A stretch of DNA of 64,000 nt, taken from positions 39,841 to 103,840 of the IMG/VR virus record IMGVR_UViG_3300005253_000017, one strand, 5' to 3'. The position numbers and the translations under genes are program-made. Under the pieces are notes generated by a model. It saw nothing but the letters and a program-made list of their open reading frames with translations. It was not told the DNA's origin and searched no databases. The stretch is from a virus. The stretch's first letter is position 1. Each line of letters starts with the position of its first letter. Shown one piece after another: positions 9,898 through 19,635 of the stretch.

Positions 9898-10128
9898 ATG
9901 GCTAATAGTGAAATCCCTGCCAATAATCCGATACAAGGAAAGGGTTGGAAAAAGATATTCGATGAGGACACAGTAAAAAGAGTATGCGAACAGATAGCTG
10001 ATTGGGATAACTGGGAACATGAAGAGTTCTTCGATTTAGCATGGGCAGGTGAAAAGCTAGATGAGAAACCTAAGGCTGTTCATCGCATGGTACAGTTTAT
10101 CATGACGCGTGCAAACGATGAGATATAG
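9898..10128 (+). CDS. hypothetical protein
   Basis: Operon packing. Confidence 0.5.
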   Translation: MANSEIPANNPIQGKGWKKIFDEDTVKRVCEQIADWDNWEHEEFFDLAWAGEKLDEKPKAVHRMVQFIMTRANDEI

Positions 10129-10131
10129 ATT

Positions 10132-10995
10132 ATGAGATACGCTGTAGGCATACCGACGTGCGGGCGAGAAGAACTACTGTGGACTACGCTGCGGGCGTTT
10201 GTCAATCAGGACCATCCACCGGAGCGGATATTCGTGGTAGACAATAATGATGACCACTATGCCGAGTATTCGGAGTATTGTGTTGCCGATCCTGGGAAGC
10301 CCGTTTATTGTAACACCAAGATGTGGAAACCACCAGAAGACCTACAGGATAAAGTCACTATTGTTGGAAATGACTACTTCGTATTCGGTGATTCAGCAGG
10401 AGGCCAAACAGCCCTGCGGCATATGACGGAGGCCAAGTTCGATGTGGGCATACGATGGGACGACGACCTTGTGCCGGAGCCCGACTGCATCGGCAAGTTG
10501 GTCAAGCTCGTTATGTATACGAACACACCCGTGGCTGGGGGCATGTATCCGTCAAACAACCCAGACTATCCGAATCCTGATATTAAGTTGCCGCACTCCA
10601 CCGGCATGTCTTTCCGTGACGAGGGCGGGGGTATTCATTCAGGCGACGGACACCGAAAGCATCTGCAGTTTTTCCGCTGGGAGGGCCGCAATCGATTACT
10701 GCCAGCGAACTACTTGTATTCATCCTTTGCGTATGACATCAAGACGGCCAATCTTGTCGGTGGATTCTGTATAGAATACTCTCGTCACTCATTCCGAGCC
10801 GATACCGACTTCGCGATGAGAATGAACAAGGTGAAGCCTCCCCTGATGATCGATACGTCCGCCGTCGCCATCCATCATTGGGGCGAGGGTGGGACGAGGA
10901 CGATCAAGGACGAGGAGAAAACGGAAATGATGAATCACGACTTAGAGTTGTTCGCTCGCCGGATGAGGAGTATGGGAATCAACCCGGACTACTGA
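10132..10995 (+). CDS. glycosyltransferase family 2
   Basis: VGIPTCGR, VVDN, WDDD (DxD), GGF, ADTDF. Confidence 0.88.
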   Translation: MRYAVGIPTCGREELLWTTLRAFVNQDHPPERIFVVDNNDDHYAEYSEYCVADPGKPVYCNTKMWKPPEDLQDKVTIVGNDYFVFGDSAGGQTALRHMTEAKFDVGIRWDDDLVPEPDCIGKLVKLVMYTNTPVAGGMYPSNNPDYPNPDIKLPHSTGMSFRDEGGGIHSGDGHRKHLQFFRWEGRNRLLPANYLYSSFAYDIKTANLVGGFCIEYSRHSFRADTDFAMRMNKVKPPLMIDTSAVAIHHWGEGGTRTIKDEEKTEMMNHDLELFARRMRSMGINPDY

Positions 10996-11567
10996 TGGAA
11001 TTCGAATACACACAAGATTGGTATGAGACTGAATACCACAGAGGACTGACCGATAAGGCTGAGATAGACCCAGCAACTTTCCATCCTGAACGAGACACGG
11101 AGTGCCTGACGGACCTCGACCTCAGCAGGGAACACGATATTCTCGTGTGCGGTTGTGGGGGAGGCGATGACACATGGCTGATGGTAAACAAATTCGGCCT
11201 GAAGCAACTAATTCATGGAATAGATTGGAGCCAACCTGCGGTAGATTTTTGCAACCAATACTTTGATGGACAGATGAAAGCCATCCAAGGCTGCGTATCA
11301 AATATGCCATACGCGGAGGGGACGTTTGACCGTATACTGGCAATGGATATCACCGAGCACTTGCCAGGATTCATCTACCTTGTATTCCTGACAGAAGTCC
11401 GCCGAGTATTGAAGGTGGGTGGCAAGGTAGCGATATTGCCGGGGATGACATTGTTGCCTGAGCACGTCAATTTGATGCCTCTAGAAATTACTCTCAAACA
11501 CGTTAAGAGACTCGGATTCAAGACACTCATAGTAAGGGACGAGTGGATAATAGCGGAGAAGGTATGA
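10995..11567 (+). CDS. class I SAM-dependent methyltransferase
   Basis: LVCGCGGG, GIDWS, FDRI, TEHL, RVLKVGG; start at TGATG overlap. Confidence 0.88.
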   Translation: MEFEYTQDWYETEYHRGLTDKAEIDPATFHPERDTECLTDLDLSREHDILVCGCGGGDDTWLMVNKFGLKQLIHGIDWSQPAVDFCNQYFDGQMKAIQGCVSNMPYAEGTFDRILAMDITEHLPGFIYLVFLTEVRRVLKVGGKVAILPGMTLLPEHVNLMPLEITLKHVKRLGFKTLIVRDEWIIAEKV

Positions 11568-11845
11568 AGAGATACGGAAATGTAGAACAGACGATTGTCA
11601 CAAAACGGGAATGTATTGAATTACGATGCGACCTGTGTGGGCGAATAGCGGAGAATCCCAATTGGGAATCCGGTCCTTTTGAATACTGTACTGTTGGAAC
11701 GGGTAAAGGCTCTTTAAAATCGACATCTTCAGTAGATGGTGACTTTGATTGGCAGGAATTGGATTTATGCCACGAATGCGCCGACTGGCTGATAGATGAG
11801 ATACGACACCATCGCATTACACGGGAACAAGAAGACAGATTATGA
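11564..11845 (+). CDS. hypothetical Zn-finger protein
   Basis: CDLCG...DLCHEC. Confidence 0.55.
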   Translation: MKRYGNVEQTIVTKRECIELRCDLCGRIAENPNWESGPFEYCTVGTGKGSLKSTSSVDGDFDWQELDLCHECADWLIDEIRHHRITREQEDRL

Positions 11846-12804
11846 ACCTCGCATGGCTAGTAACTCCCGAGCAGTCAGTTCCCCCGCCCATGTACGGGGG
11901 CGCGGAATGCGTAACCGATATCCATATTCGCCACCTAATCAGAATGGGACATACGGTTGACCTCTATTGTGGACCTAACAGCTCCTGTCCAGCGACGAAC
12001 GTAATAGAGGCCCACAAGCCGTCCATGACCGAGGAAGACTATCTTGTAAAACGCATCGAGGAAAACTGGAAAGACTACGACTGCATCATCGACTATTCGG
12101 CCTACCACATAGCCGGACAGAAATTTCCCAATGCTTTGTCCCTGATGGGTGGCGACCCGTTCAAGAAGTATCCCCACGATAAGGTCAGGAATCGAGTCTA
12201 CAAAAGCAAGGAATTCGGCCGTCACTATGACTGTGGAAACCATCCTGTACTCCATAACGTTATCGAGTACGACCCCAGTTCCGTTCCGCTTGGAGCAGGC
12301 GGCGAATACGTTCTCTTTGTGGGAATTATCCACCGCTGCAAGGGCATTCACCTTGCCGGGAAAGCCTGTAAAAAGCTCGGGCTAGACTTCATAGTCGCGG
12401 GACCAATCCGCGACGAGGAATACTGGGAGGACATCAAGGACTATGCCACGGAATACGTCGGCGAGATAGGGTATGACAAGAAGCATGAGCTTATGTCTAA
12501 CGCCTATGCTTTTGCCCACCCAGTCCAGTGCTGTGACTGCGACCCCCTCGGACCAAAGGAAGCGATGTTAAGGGGAACCCCGGTTATCGCCTGTCCCAGC
12601 GGCGGTGTATCGGAGTCCGTTACGCCGGGAGTTAGCGGATACTTCGCAGTCAACGCAAAGCAATTCGAGAATGGATTCGAGTCCGTGTTCGCCCTCAACC
12701 GGGAGCTAGTCCGACAGGATATCCTAGCGAAGATTGACCCCATTCTGATAACCGATACATTGATAGACCTGTGCCGACGGGTGAAGGAGGGAATCTCTTG
12801 GTAG
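11842..12804 (+). CDS. glycosyltransferase family 4 (GT-B)
   Basis: VPPPMYGGAE, FVGIIHRCKG, EAMLRGTPVI. Confidence 0.9.
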   Translation: MNLAWLVTPEQSVPPPMYGGAECVTDIHIRHLIRMGHTVDLYCGPNSSCPATNVIEAHKPSMTEEDYLVKRIEENWKDYDCIIDYSAYHIAGQKFPNALSLMGGDPFKKYPHDKVRNRVYKSKEFGRHYDCGNHPVLHNVIEYDPSSVPLGAGGEYVLFVGIIHRCKGIHLAGKACKKLGLDFIVAGPIRDEEYWEDIKDYATEYVGEIGYDKKHELMSNAYAFAHPVQCCDCDPLGPKEAMLRGTPVIACPSGGVSESVTPGVSGYFAVNAKQFENGFESVFALNRELVRQDILAKIDPILITDTLIDLCRRVKEGISW

Positions 12805-13754
12805 AAAAGGTTCTAGTGCATGAGGCAAATGCCTTTTCCTACAACGACCCGAGCGGGATCAGTGTCAGGACGATCCTAGACAGCATTGCAGAGGCGTTCC
12901 AGGGGATGGGATATCAGATTACGCGATGGCAAAGCCAGACATCGAACTATCCCCTCTCCATAAAGTTCAAGTATGCTATCTTTTGGGGAGGAACCCAATC
13001 GTGGTTTCCCCCGGTGAAGATGAATTGCATAGACCATGGAACCGAGATACTCTATGCAGAGGTGGACGACTTCGGGCGATACTGGGAAGAAGGTAAGGGT
13101 GACGACATGCCATTCATCCTCTGTCGAAGTCTAAGCCCCTTTGCCCCGAACATCGGGGGTGTCGGCGGATCGAGAGTAATGGGAACTGAATTTCCATCCA
13201 ACGGAGAAGATGTCTCCGTCCGAGATGGTGACTTGCTAGTAATTCTCCAGCACGAAAAAAATCTTAAACTGCACCGCGATGTCTGTCCCATCTACCGGGA
13301 CAGTACGGAATGGCTAAAGGACTTGGTAAACTGCTCTGTCCTTCCCATTAGGGTCCGAAAGCATCCTTCCTACAAGATACTTCAAAGCACATGGGATATT
13401 ATCAATCAATATCCCAATGCCCGGTGGGACGATATTGATGACTTGGACGAGTCAATGGGACAGGCCACCGCCCTGGCGTGTATAGACTCCCACTGCGGTG
13501 TCAGGGCGATCAAGGAGGGCATTCCCGTCCTGACCTATGGAATGGCCGTCTACAGGCATCCTGGCGTATCCTGGCGGTGCGTGGGATGGGAGGATACGGT
13601 GAAATACACAAACCGACTGAGACGAAAGAAGTGCGACTTAGACCGAGGAGCTATGAGGGAATTCATCGGATATCTGGAGCGGAATACGTGGAAGCTCTCG
13701 GACCTACCGGAGAGACTGGAACGGTTTCTAGGAGGTGAGACCTTTGTTCCTTGA
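12771..13754 (+). CDS. capsule polysaccharide synthesis protein (KpsS/KpsC-like GT)
   Basis: VILQ, VRKHP, IDSHCGVRAIKEGIPVLTYG pattern. Confidence 0.7.
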   Translation: MPTGEGGNLLVEKVLVHEANAFSYNDPSGISVRTILDSIAEAFQGMGYQITRWQSQTSNYPLSIKFKYAIFWGGTQSWFPPVKMNCIDHGTEILYAEVDDFGRYWEEGKGDDMPFILCRSLSPFAPNIGGVGGSRVMGTEFPSNGEDVSVRDGDLLVILQHEKNLKLHRDVCPIYRDSTEWLKDLVNCSVLPIRVRKHPSYKILQSTWDIINQYPNARWDDIDDLDESMGQATALACIDSHCGVRAIKEGIPVLTYGMAVYRHPGVSWRCVGWEDTVKYTNRLRRKKCDLDRGAMREFIGYLERNTWKLSDLPERLERFLGGETFVP

Positions 13755-15186
13755 TGCGAAAGAGTTTGGCAATGTCTCCCATCCCCAAGAGGACTACCAG
13801 AACTGGGCTGAGATGGGATATGGAACCAGGTTGTCAAGGAAACTAGAGATTGATATTACTTCTCATTGTGATTTGAAATGTCATAACTGCGACAGGTCTT
13901 GTCGTCAAGCTCCTACTGAAAACTATATGACGGTTCAGCAGATATCGGCCTTCGTCCGGGACTCTCTGTCTTACACCAAAACCAAACCCTGGGACCTCAT
14001 CAAGCTAACCGGTGGAGAACCCAGCTGTCACCCGGAACTAAGGAAAGTCATCGAACCCTTTTTACGGTATAAACAAGCCTATCCGACCCTGAAAATGTGG
14101 TATAACACTCACGGATGTGGACAACGTGCTCAAGAGAGTATGGGGCTTGCCCGTTCTTGTCCCTGGATTAACCACGTGAATAGCAGTAGCAAGACAGGCC
14201 CTATCGTCCCAACACATGATAGTTACAACAAGGCCCCGGTTGACTATGGGCTACCCGGTGCTGTCTGTCCCCGACCATGGGACTGTGGGATGAGCCTGAC
14301 ATACTATGGCATTTATCCCTGCGGGCCAGGCGCGGCAATTGCCCGCGTGTTCGGCCTTGATATCGCCATTCAGTCTATGTCAGCCTTGACGCATGAAGCG
14401 ATACTAGAACAGTTGGAAGTCCTTTGCCCCCTGTGTGGACACTCTCCCACCGATATCAAGGAGTACAACATTGGGGCAAAAGAAGTCGTCTCGTCCTCGT
14501 GGGAAAAGGCGTATAATGATTATAGAGAGAAGCCCCCAAAGATGAGACGAATCTACGACAGATTGCCACAGTTCAAAGGTGTATGGAGTAGTAAGAAAAG
14601 GCAAGCGGCGATAGACATGCTGGCGGCGATTGACGAAGTTTTCTCGCTTCATGGAGTTGGGTGGATGCTGATTTATGGAACGTTGTTGGGATGCATACGC
14701 CACGGGGGACAGATTCCGTGGGACGATGACATGGACATCACGATTAACAAAAATGCTGCGGGAGGATTTGCGGACGCCCTGGATGACCTCCACGAAAGGG
14801 GATACAGTTGGGCGGAGGAAGATTCTCCCCAAAACGGACACTACCTGAAGATGTTTCCTAAAACCGGCGAGCAGGAGCGATACTACCGCAAGCCGTTCGT
14901 GGATATCTTCTCATATGTGGAGACGGAGGATAAGATTGACTTCTGCTCGAATGGACAGACGCCCCCACCTCTAAAGCCATTTTCAAAGACAGATATTTTG
15001 CCACTGGTACGACGGGACTTCTGGGGCCTATCACTTCCGACGCCGAATAAATCGTCGGTGTTTCTGGACCGACACTACCCCGGTTGGGACAAGCAGTGTG
15101 TAAACTTTAAGCGAAACAGATATAGCTTATCGAACCTGAGTATGAGCATTGACGAATTGCGGCCCTTTCACGAGTTCAAGATATGA
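13735..15186 (+). CDS. radical SAM - LicD-family phosphotransferase fusion
   Basis: N-term CDLKCHNC and TGGEP; C-term YGTLLGCIRHGGQIPWDDDMDI and VDIF. Confidence 0.88.
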   Translation: MRPLFLDAKEFGNVSHPQEDYQNWAEMGYGTRLSRKLEIDITSHCDLKCHNCDRSCRQAPTENYMTVQQISAFVRDSLSYTKTKPWDLIKLTGGEPSCHPELRKVIEPFLRYKQAYPTLKMWYNTHGCGQRAQESMGLARSCPWINHVNSSSKTGPIVPTHDSYNKAPVDYGLPGAVCPRPWDCGMSLTYYGIYPCGPGAAIARVFGLDIAIQSMSALTHEAILEQLEVLCPLCGHSPTDIKEYNIGAKEVVSSSWEKAYNDYREKPPKMRRIYDRLPQFKGVWSSKKRQAAIDMLAAIDEVFSLHGVGWMLIYGTLLGCIRHGGQIPWDDDMDITINKNAAGGFADALDDLHERGYSWAEEDSPQNGHYLKMFPKTGEQERYYRKPFVDIFSYVETEDKIDFCSNGQTPPPLKPFSKTDILPLVRRDFWGLSLPTPNKSSVFLDRHYPGWDKQCVNFKRNRYSLSNLSMSIDELRPFHEFKI

Positions 15187-15776
15187 AACAACGAGAATAC
15201 AAAGACTATGAGGCGTATGTTCAACACCAAAAAGAGGCCCGCTGGTCGGGTAAGGAGGAGGAATACTTCAAGCTTCATCATAAGAAGCACTTAATAGAAT
15301 TTAGATTGTGGTTTGCGACAGCCGTTCCCCATATTACCTTCAAAGACTCTAGGTCGATATGCCTTGGTCCATCGTTCTGTGCAGAGGTGGTAATACTCAG
15401 GGAGTTAGGAAGCAACTGCATTGGATTGGACCTGATTGCGACACCGCCCTGGAGCATTGCAGGTGACTTCCACAATGTGCCATTCGGAGATAAAGAATTC
15501 GACTTTGTTTATAGCAACGCCCTCGATCATGCAAATGACTTGAACAAGTTTGTATCCGAAGCAAAAAGGATAGTAAAACCAGATGGGTTGATAATGTTTC
15601 ATCTACATTTAGGCCAGGGATGTGACAGGGGATACGAGTCTATGTCTATTCAGATTCCAGAGGATATCTTACACAGATTGCCGGAATTTGAGGTATTGCT
15701 AAACCAACCCATCGATCCCTATCCATCAGGCAGCAGAAACATGAACTGGACATTATTATTGAGGAAACCGAAATGA
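15183..15776 (+). CDS. SAM-dependent methyltransferase
   Basis: IGLDL, GDFHNVPF, FDFVYSNALDH, RIVKPDG. Confidence 0.82.
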   Translation: MKQREYKDYEAYVQHQKEARWSGKEEEYFKLHHKKHLIEFRLWFATAVPHITFKDSRSICLGPSFCAEVVILRELGSNCIGLDLIATPPWSIAGDFHNVPFGDKEFDFVYSNALDHANDLNKFVSEAKRIVKPDGLIMFHLHLGQGCDRGYESMSIQIPEDILHRLPEFEVLLNQPIDPYPSGSRNMNWTLLLRKPK

Positions 15777-16186
15777 TAGTAGGATACACAGTAGGCACAT
15801 TCGACCTATTCCATGTCGGGCATTTGCGATTGCTTGAAAAGGCGGACGCAATGTGTGATAGGCTCATCGTAGGAGTAAACCGGGATGAGTATATTATGGA
15901 TAGAAAACCCAAGCCAATTATCCCGTTGGAACAGCGAATCGAAATTCTCAGGAGCTGTTGGTTTGTTGACGAGGTTGTCGTGCCTCCCCTTGACAAAATA
16001 GAGACATGGCAAATTCTACGATTCAATGTGTTTTTCATGGGCGATGACTGGCAGGGAACGTTAGAATGGATTGACCGAGAAGAAGAGTTTATCGAAGCAA
16101 ATATCCCTGTCGAGTTCATCTATCTTCCAGTTACTGAGGGTATAAGATCAAACAACATACGGAGGCGATGCTGTGATTCGGGATAG
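15773..16186 (+). CDS. TagD-like cytidylyltransferase
   Basis: GTFDLFHVGH (HxGH), LIVGV, GDDW. Confidence 0.9.
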   Translation: MIVGYTVGTFDLFHVGHLRLLEKADAMCDRLIVGVNRDEYIMDRKPKPIIPLEQRIEILRSCWFVDEVVVPPLDKIETWQILRFNVFFMGDDWQGTLEWIDREEEFIEANIPVEFIYLPVTEGIRSNNIRRRCCDSG

Positions 16187-16598
16187 TGACCTAGTACGAG
16201 TGTTACAAGAGGATGGAATAAATGATGTTGATATCCACACATTCGTAGACTGCGATATAACCAATCTTGCGAAAATTCGATGTTTCATGGGCAAGGAGGG
16301 GAATTGGGCAGTGCGAGTGACCTACAATAAGCACTTCGGAGGTGTAGTCATCCAACAGATGCCGGGAGAAGGGAATCGGTTTCATTTTCATCCCAATGCC
16401 GCTGAGTGTTGGGTAATATTAGAGGGAACGTTCATCTGGTGGATACATGGGGCTCCTCAGCACGTCACCGCCGGGGATATTGTAAATGTACCTGCCGGGG
16501 CTCACCATAGAATACGAGTGATAGGCGACAAACCTGCCGTTCGGTTCGCCGTTACGGTGCCTGACGTAGTACACCAATTCGAGGATGATAATGCCTAG
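16173..16598 (+). CDS. cupin-domain protein
   Basis: HFHP..AECWVILEG, AGDIVNVPAGAHH. Confidence 0.88.
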   Translation: MIRDSDLVRVLQEDGINDVDIHTFVDCDITNLAKIRCFMGKEGNWAVRVTYNKHFGGVVIQQMPGEGNRFHFHPNAAECWVILEGTFIWWIHGAPQHVTAGDIVNVPAGAHHRIRVIGDKPAVRFAVTVPDVVHQFEDDNA

Positions 16599-17325
16599 AC
16601 ATGTGTTCATCACTGGCGGTTCACGGGGCATAGGCAGAGCGACGGCGGAAGCGTTCCTAGAAGAGGGCGACTACGTTACGATCATAAGTCCCAATACAGT
16701 CATGACAGCTGTGAGGGAATTAAGGAAGAAATTCCCCGAAAGAATCAGATGTGTTGAAGGGGATATATCTGATTCAGATGCCGTGCCCCAACATATGAAT
16801 AAAGCAAGGGCAATGTTGGGTCCGATAGAAGTGCTGGTAAATTGTGCGGGTATTTTTACTCCTAATACTGAACTGACTACTATATCTTCTTGGAATAAGG
16901 TGATCGCTACTAACCTTACTGCCTGTTTTCTAACAAGTCAAGAAGTAATAGGCCACATGATGCACGCGAGGCGGGGAAAGATTATCAATGTCTCATCTAT
17001 CGCAGGTTTATCATACTCCAAATTGGGATCGGAGGCCTACACGGTAAGTAAGGCCGGAGTAATCGCGCTTACAAAACACCAAGCGGCAACTTATGGACCG
17101 TGGAATATCAATGTCAACTGTATTTGTCCCGGTCAGACACAAACCGATATGCTCAAATCTTGTTATTCACCCAAAAGTGATGATGAAGAGATGTTAATGA
17201 AAAACATACCAATGTTAAGGTTCGCCCGCGCCTATGAACAAGCAAGTGTAATAGTCTTTCTGGCGTCAGAAGCCGCCAGCTACATCAACGGAGCAATAAT
17301 CAACGTGAGCGGAGGCCAACAATGA
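16585..17325 (+). CDS. short-chain dehydrogenase/reductase
   Basis: TGGSRGIG, LVNCAG, YTVSK, PG. Confidence 0.92.
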   Translation: MIMPRHVFITGGSRGIGRATAEAFLEEGDYVTIISPNTVMTAVRELRKKFPERIRCVEGDISDSDAVPQHMNKARAMLGPIEVLVNCAGIFTPNTELTTISSWNKVIATNLTACFLTSQEVIGHMMHARRGKIINVSSIAGLSYSKLGSEAYTVSKAGVIALTKHQAATYGPWNINVNCICPGQTQTDMLKSCYSPKSDDEEMLMKNIPMLRFARAYEQASVIVFLASEAASYINGAIINVSGGQQ

Positions 17326-18059
17326 AAACGATAGCGCTAGTGGCGGCAAAGGGAACAAGCAAACGGGTAGAAAGTAAGAGCATTCGGCCATTCGCGGGCA
17401 TGAACCTCACGACCCTGAAACTTCAGACACTACTGAAGGTCAAACATCTTGATGGAATCGTGCTGTCATCGGAAGACCCGGCCGTCCTGAACAAGGCCGC
17501 CCAATTCCGAATCCTTCAACACAAGAGAGATGTTTATTTCTCCTTGGACACAACACCAATGAGCGAGGTTTACCAGCATCTGGCTAACGCAGTAATGAAG
17601 AACTTCGGGAACGATACCGTGATAGTCTGGACGCCTATAACAAATCCGCTGATTCTGCCAAAATCATTTGATGAGGTAATCGAAACGTATTACGATAGAG
17701 TCGCTAACAGCCAACACAAGACGTTCAATTACGATTGCCTTCACACAGTTACGAGGATTCATGACTATATATTTGATGGGTGGAACAGAAAGCCAACAAC
17801 TTTTACTTCATTCGCCGGGACGCGCTCGAACCAAATCCATGCCTTCAAGCTCAACCTCGGAGCCTGTATCCTTCCGGCCAGTAAAATGCGAAAATGGAAA
17901 AGCATTCTAGGCGAGACGCCATATTTCGAGTTTGTAGACCGAAACGAGTTCATGGACATCGACTACCCGGAGGAATTCGCGTTTGCTGAAATGCTCTATC
18001 GGTCGCGGGAAAAATCCAAGCCTATGCCGAAGCCAACAGCAAAGAAAGAAACCAAATGA
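17322..18059 (+). CDS. CMP-ulosonate synthetase-like cytidylyltransferase (NeuA/KdsB family)
   Basis: AAKGTSKRVESKSIRPFAG, TNPL, DIDYPEEF. Confidence 0.82.
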   Translation: MKTIALVAAKGTSKRVESKSIRPFAGMNLTTLKLQTLLKVKHLDGIVLSSEDPAVLNKAAQFRILQHKRDVYFSLDTTPMSEVYQHLANAVMKNFGNDTVIVWTPITNPLILPKSFDEVIETYYDRVANSQHKTFNYDCLHTVTRIHDYIFDGWNRKPTTFTSFAGTRSNQIHAFKLNLGACILPASKMRKWKSILGETPYFEFVDRNEFMDIDYPEEFAFAEMLYRSREKSKPMPKPTAKKETK

Positions 18060-18997
18060 AGATACTCGTAACAACCCACCCATTCGGTGATCCCAATCCG
18101 ACACCAAGAAGGCAGCTCGACGGGCGGGATGTCATCTATAACCCCGAGGGCCGGAAGTTGAAGAAGGGCGAGCTGAAGAGAATTCTGATTCAATGCCAGC
18201 CTGACATCATCATAGCCGGGACGGAAGAATACGCGGAATGGACACTCGACCTCGTGTCCAACCTTGCCATGATAAGCCGAGTTGGAATCGGCATCGATGG
18301 CATTGACCTGAAGGTTTGTGAAGAACGGGGGATAGTAGTCACCAACACGCCAGATGCCCCCAGCAATGCGGTGGCTGAACTCACCATCTGTCAGATGCTC
18401 AATATGCTCAGACGGGTCCAGGAGGCCGACAGGGCCATGAGGGAAGGTAATTGGTATCGCCATATCGGCCGGGACATCCGAAGCTGTGACATCGGGGTGA
18501 TCGGCTGTGGGCGGATAGGCAGATTGGTCTTGGAGAAGGTGGCGGGCCTCAAGCCCCGAAGGATATTTGCCAACGATATTATCCCAGAACGTTGTCGGGG
18601 AATAGAAAGAACGGAGCCGGAGAGCAAGCTACAGATATTCGCTTCCTGCGACATCATCACCATTCACATTCCCTTCGAGGAAAGGAACCTCCACTATGTC
18701 GGGCCGAGGGAATTCAATTTGATGAAACCGGACGCCTGTCTAATAAATATGTCACGGGGAGCTATCGTAGATGAAGGCGCTCTATATGACTGGCTGGAGG
18801 TGGGAGACGGTTCTGCGGCAATAGACGTGTTTACCAAGGAGCCATACTCGGGGCCACTGGTGAAGCTAGATAACGCCTATCTCACGCCCCACCTTGGCAG
18901 CTGTACGCGAAAGAGTAGATTCGACATGGAGGTGGGAGCGGTTGAAGAGGTGCTAAATCTTCTGGAGCACAAGGAATTCAACAATAGGGTGGTATAA
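18056..18997 (+). CDS. D-2-hydroxyacid (phosphoglycerate-like) dehydrogenase
   Basis: SRVGIGIDGID, NAVAE, GCGRIG, INMSRG, DVF..EP, TPHLG. Confidence 0.92.
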   Translation: MKILVTTHPFGDPNPTPRRQLDGRDVIYNPEGRKLKKGELKRILIQCQPDIIIAGTEEYAEWTLDLVSNLAMISRVGIGIDGIDLKVCEERGIVVTNTPDAPSNAVAELTICQMLNMLRRVQEADRAMREGNWYRHIGRDIRSCDIGVIGCGRIGRLVLEKVAGLKPRRIFANDIIPERCRGIERTEPESKLQIFASCDIITIHIPFEERNLHYVGPREFNLMKPDACLINMSRGAIVDEGALYDWLEVGDGSAAIDVFTKEPYSGPLVKLDNAYLTPHLGSCTRKSRFDMEVGAVEEVLNLLEHKEFNNRVV

Positions 18998-19206
18998 TGA
19001 AAACTAGGAGTGTCGAAGATATTGAAAAGCCTTTACGATACGGATTCGATAAGAGGGGGGCGGCAGACGGTTTTGAAAGTGCCGTAAATTGGCTAATTAA
19101 GGCAGCCGCTAGTTGGGCAGTTACTGCACAAACGGAAGCGGCAAATGGGGAGTGGTGGCGACAACAATATTGGAGTCAACATGATAAGAGTAGAAAGACT
19201 GATTAG
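18997..19206 (+). CDS. hypothetical protein
   Basis: TAATG coupling. Confidence 0.45.
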   Translation: MKTRSVEDIEKPLRYGFDKRGAADGFESAVNWLIKAAASWAVTAQTEAANGEWWRQQYWSQHDKSRKTD

Positions 19207-19456
19207 AGCCGGGTGTCCGCTGTGTGATATGCAACGACTGACCAAGTGGTACGAGGTTACGGAAACATATATCATCTGTAACTGCAAGAGCTGCGGGACG
19301 CCCATGCTTGTCTGGCGGGACCACGACCCGCCGAGCGAGGGACAGCGGGAGCAATTGTTGCGGATAGCAAGGATGAAATATCCGGGCATGGAGATTGACG
19401 AGGAGCAGAGGACGATAAAGGACCACTATCACTTTCATATCGGGAGGAAGAAGTGA
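19181..19456 (+). CDS. minimal HIT-like protein
   Basis: CPLC near N-term, C-terminal HYHFH triad; GGAG RBS before ATG19181. Confidence 0.6.
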   Translation: MIRVERLIRAGCPLCDMQRLTKWYEVTETYIICNCKSCGTPMLVWRDHDPPSEGQREQLLRIARMKYPGMEIDEEQRTIKDHYHFHIGRKK

Positions 19457-19635
19457 GGGATAAGAAGGGTACGTCAAGTCCAGGGGCAACTACAAAGCCC
19501 AGTGCTATTGAAGAATACAGAACCATAATTGAGAGAAGAAAAATGGAGCGGGAAAAGCGGGCGAAGCGACTGAAGCAATTCCAAGAGCAGGCCGAGAACG
19601 GGGAACCGTTGGAGTATAATGAGACCTCGCGGTGA
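19453..19635 (+). CDS. hypothetical protein
   Basis: GGAGG RBS, GTGA overlap. Confidence 0.45.
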   Translation: MRDKKGTSSPGATTKPSAIEEYRTIIERRKMEREKRAKRLKQFQEQAENGEPLEYNETSR

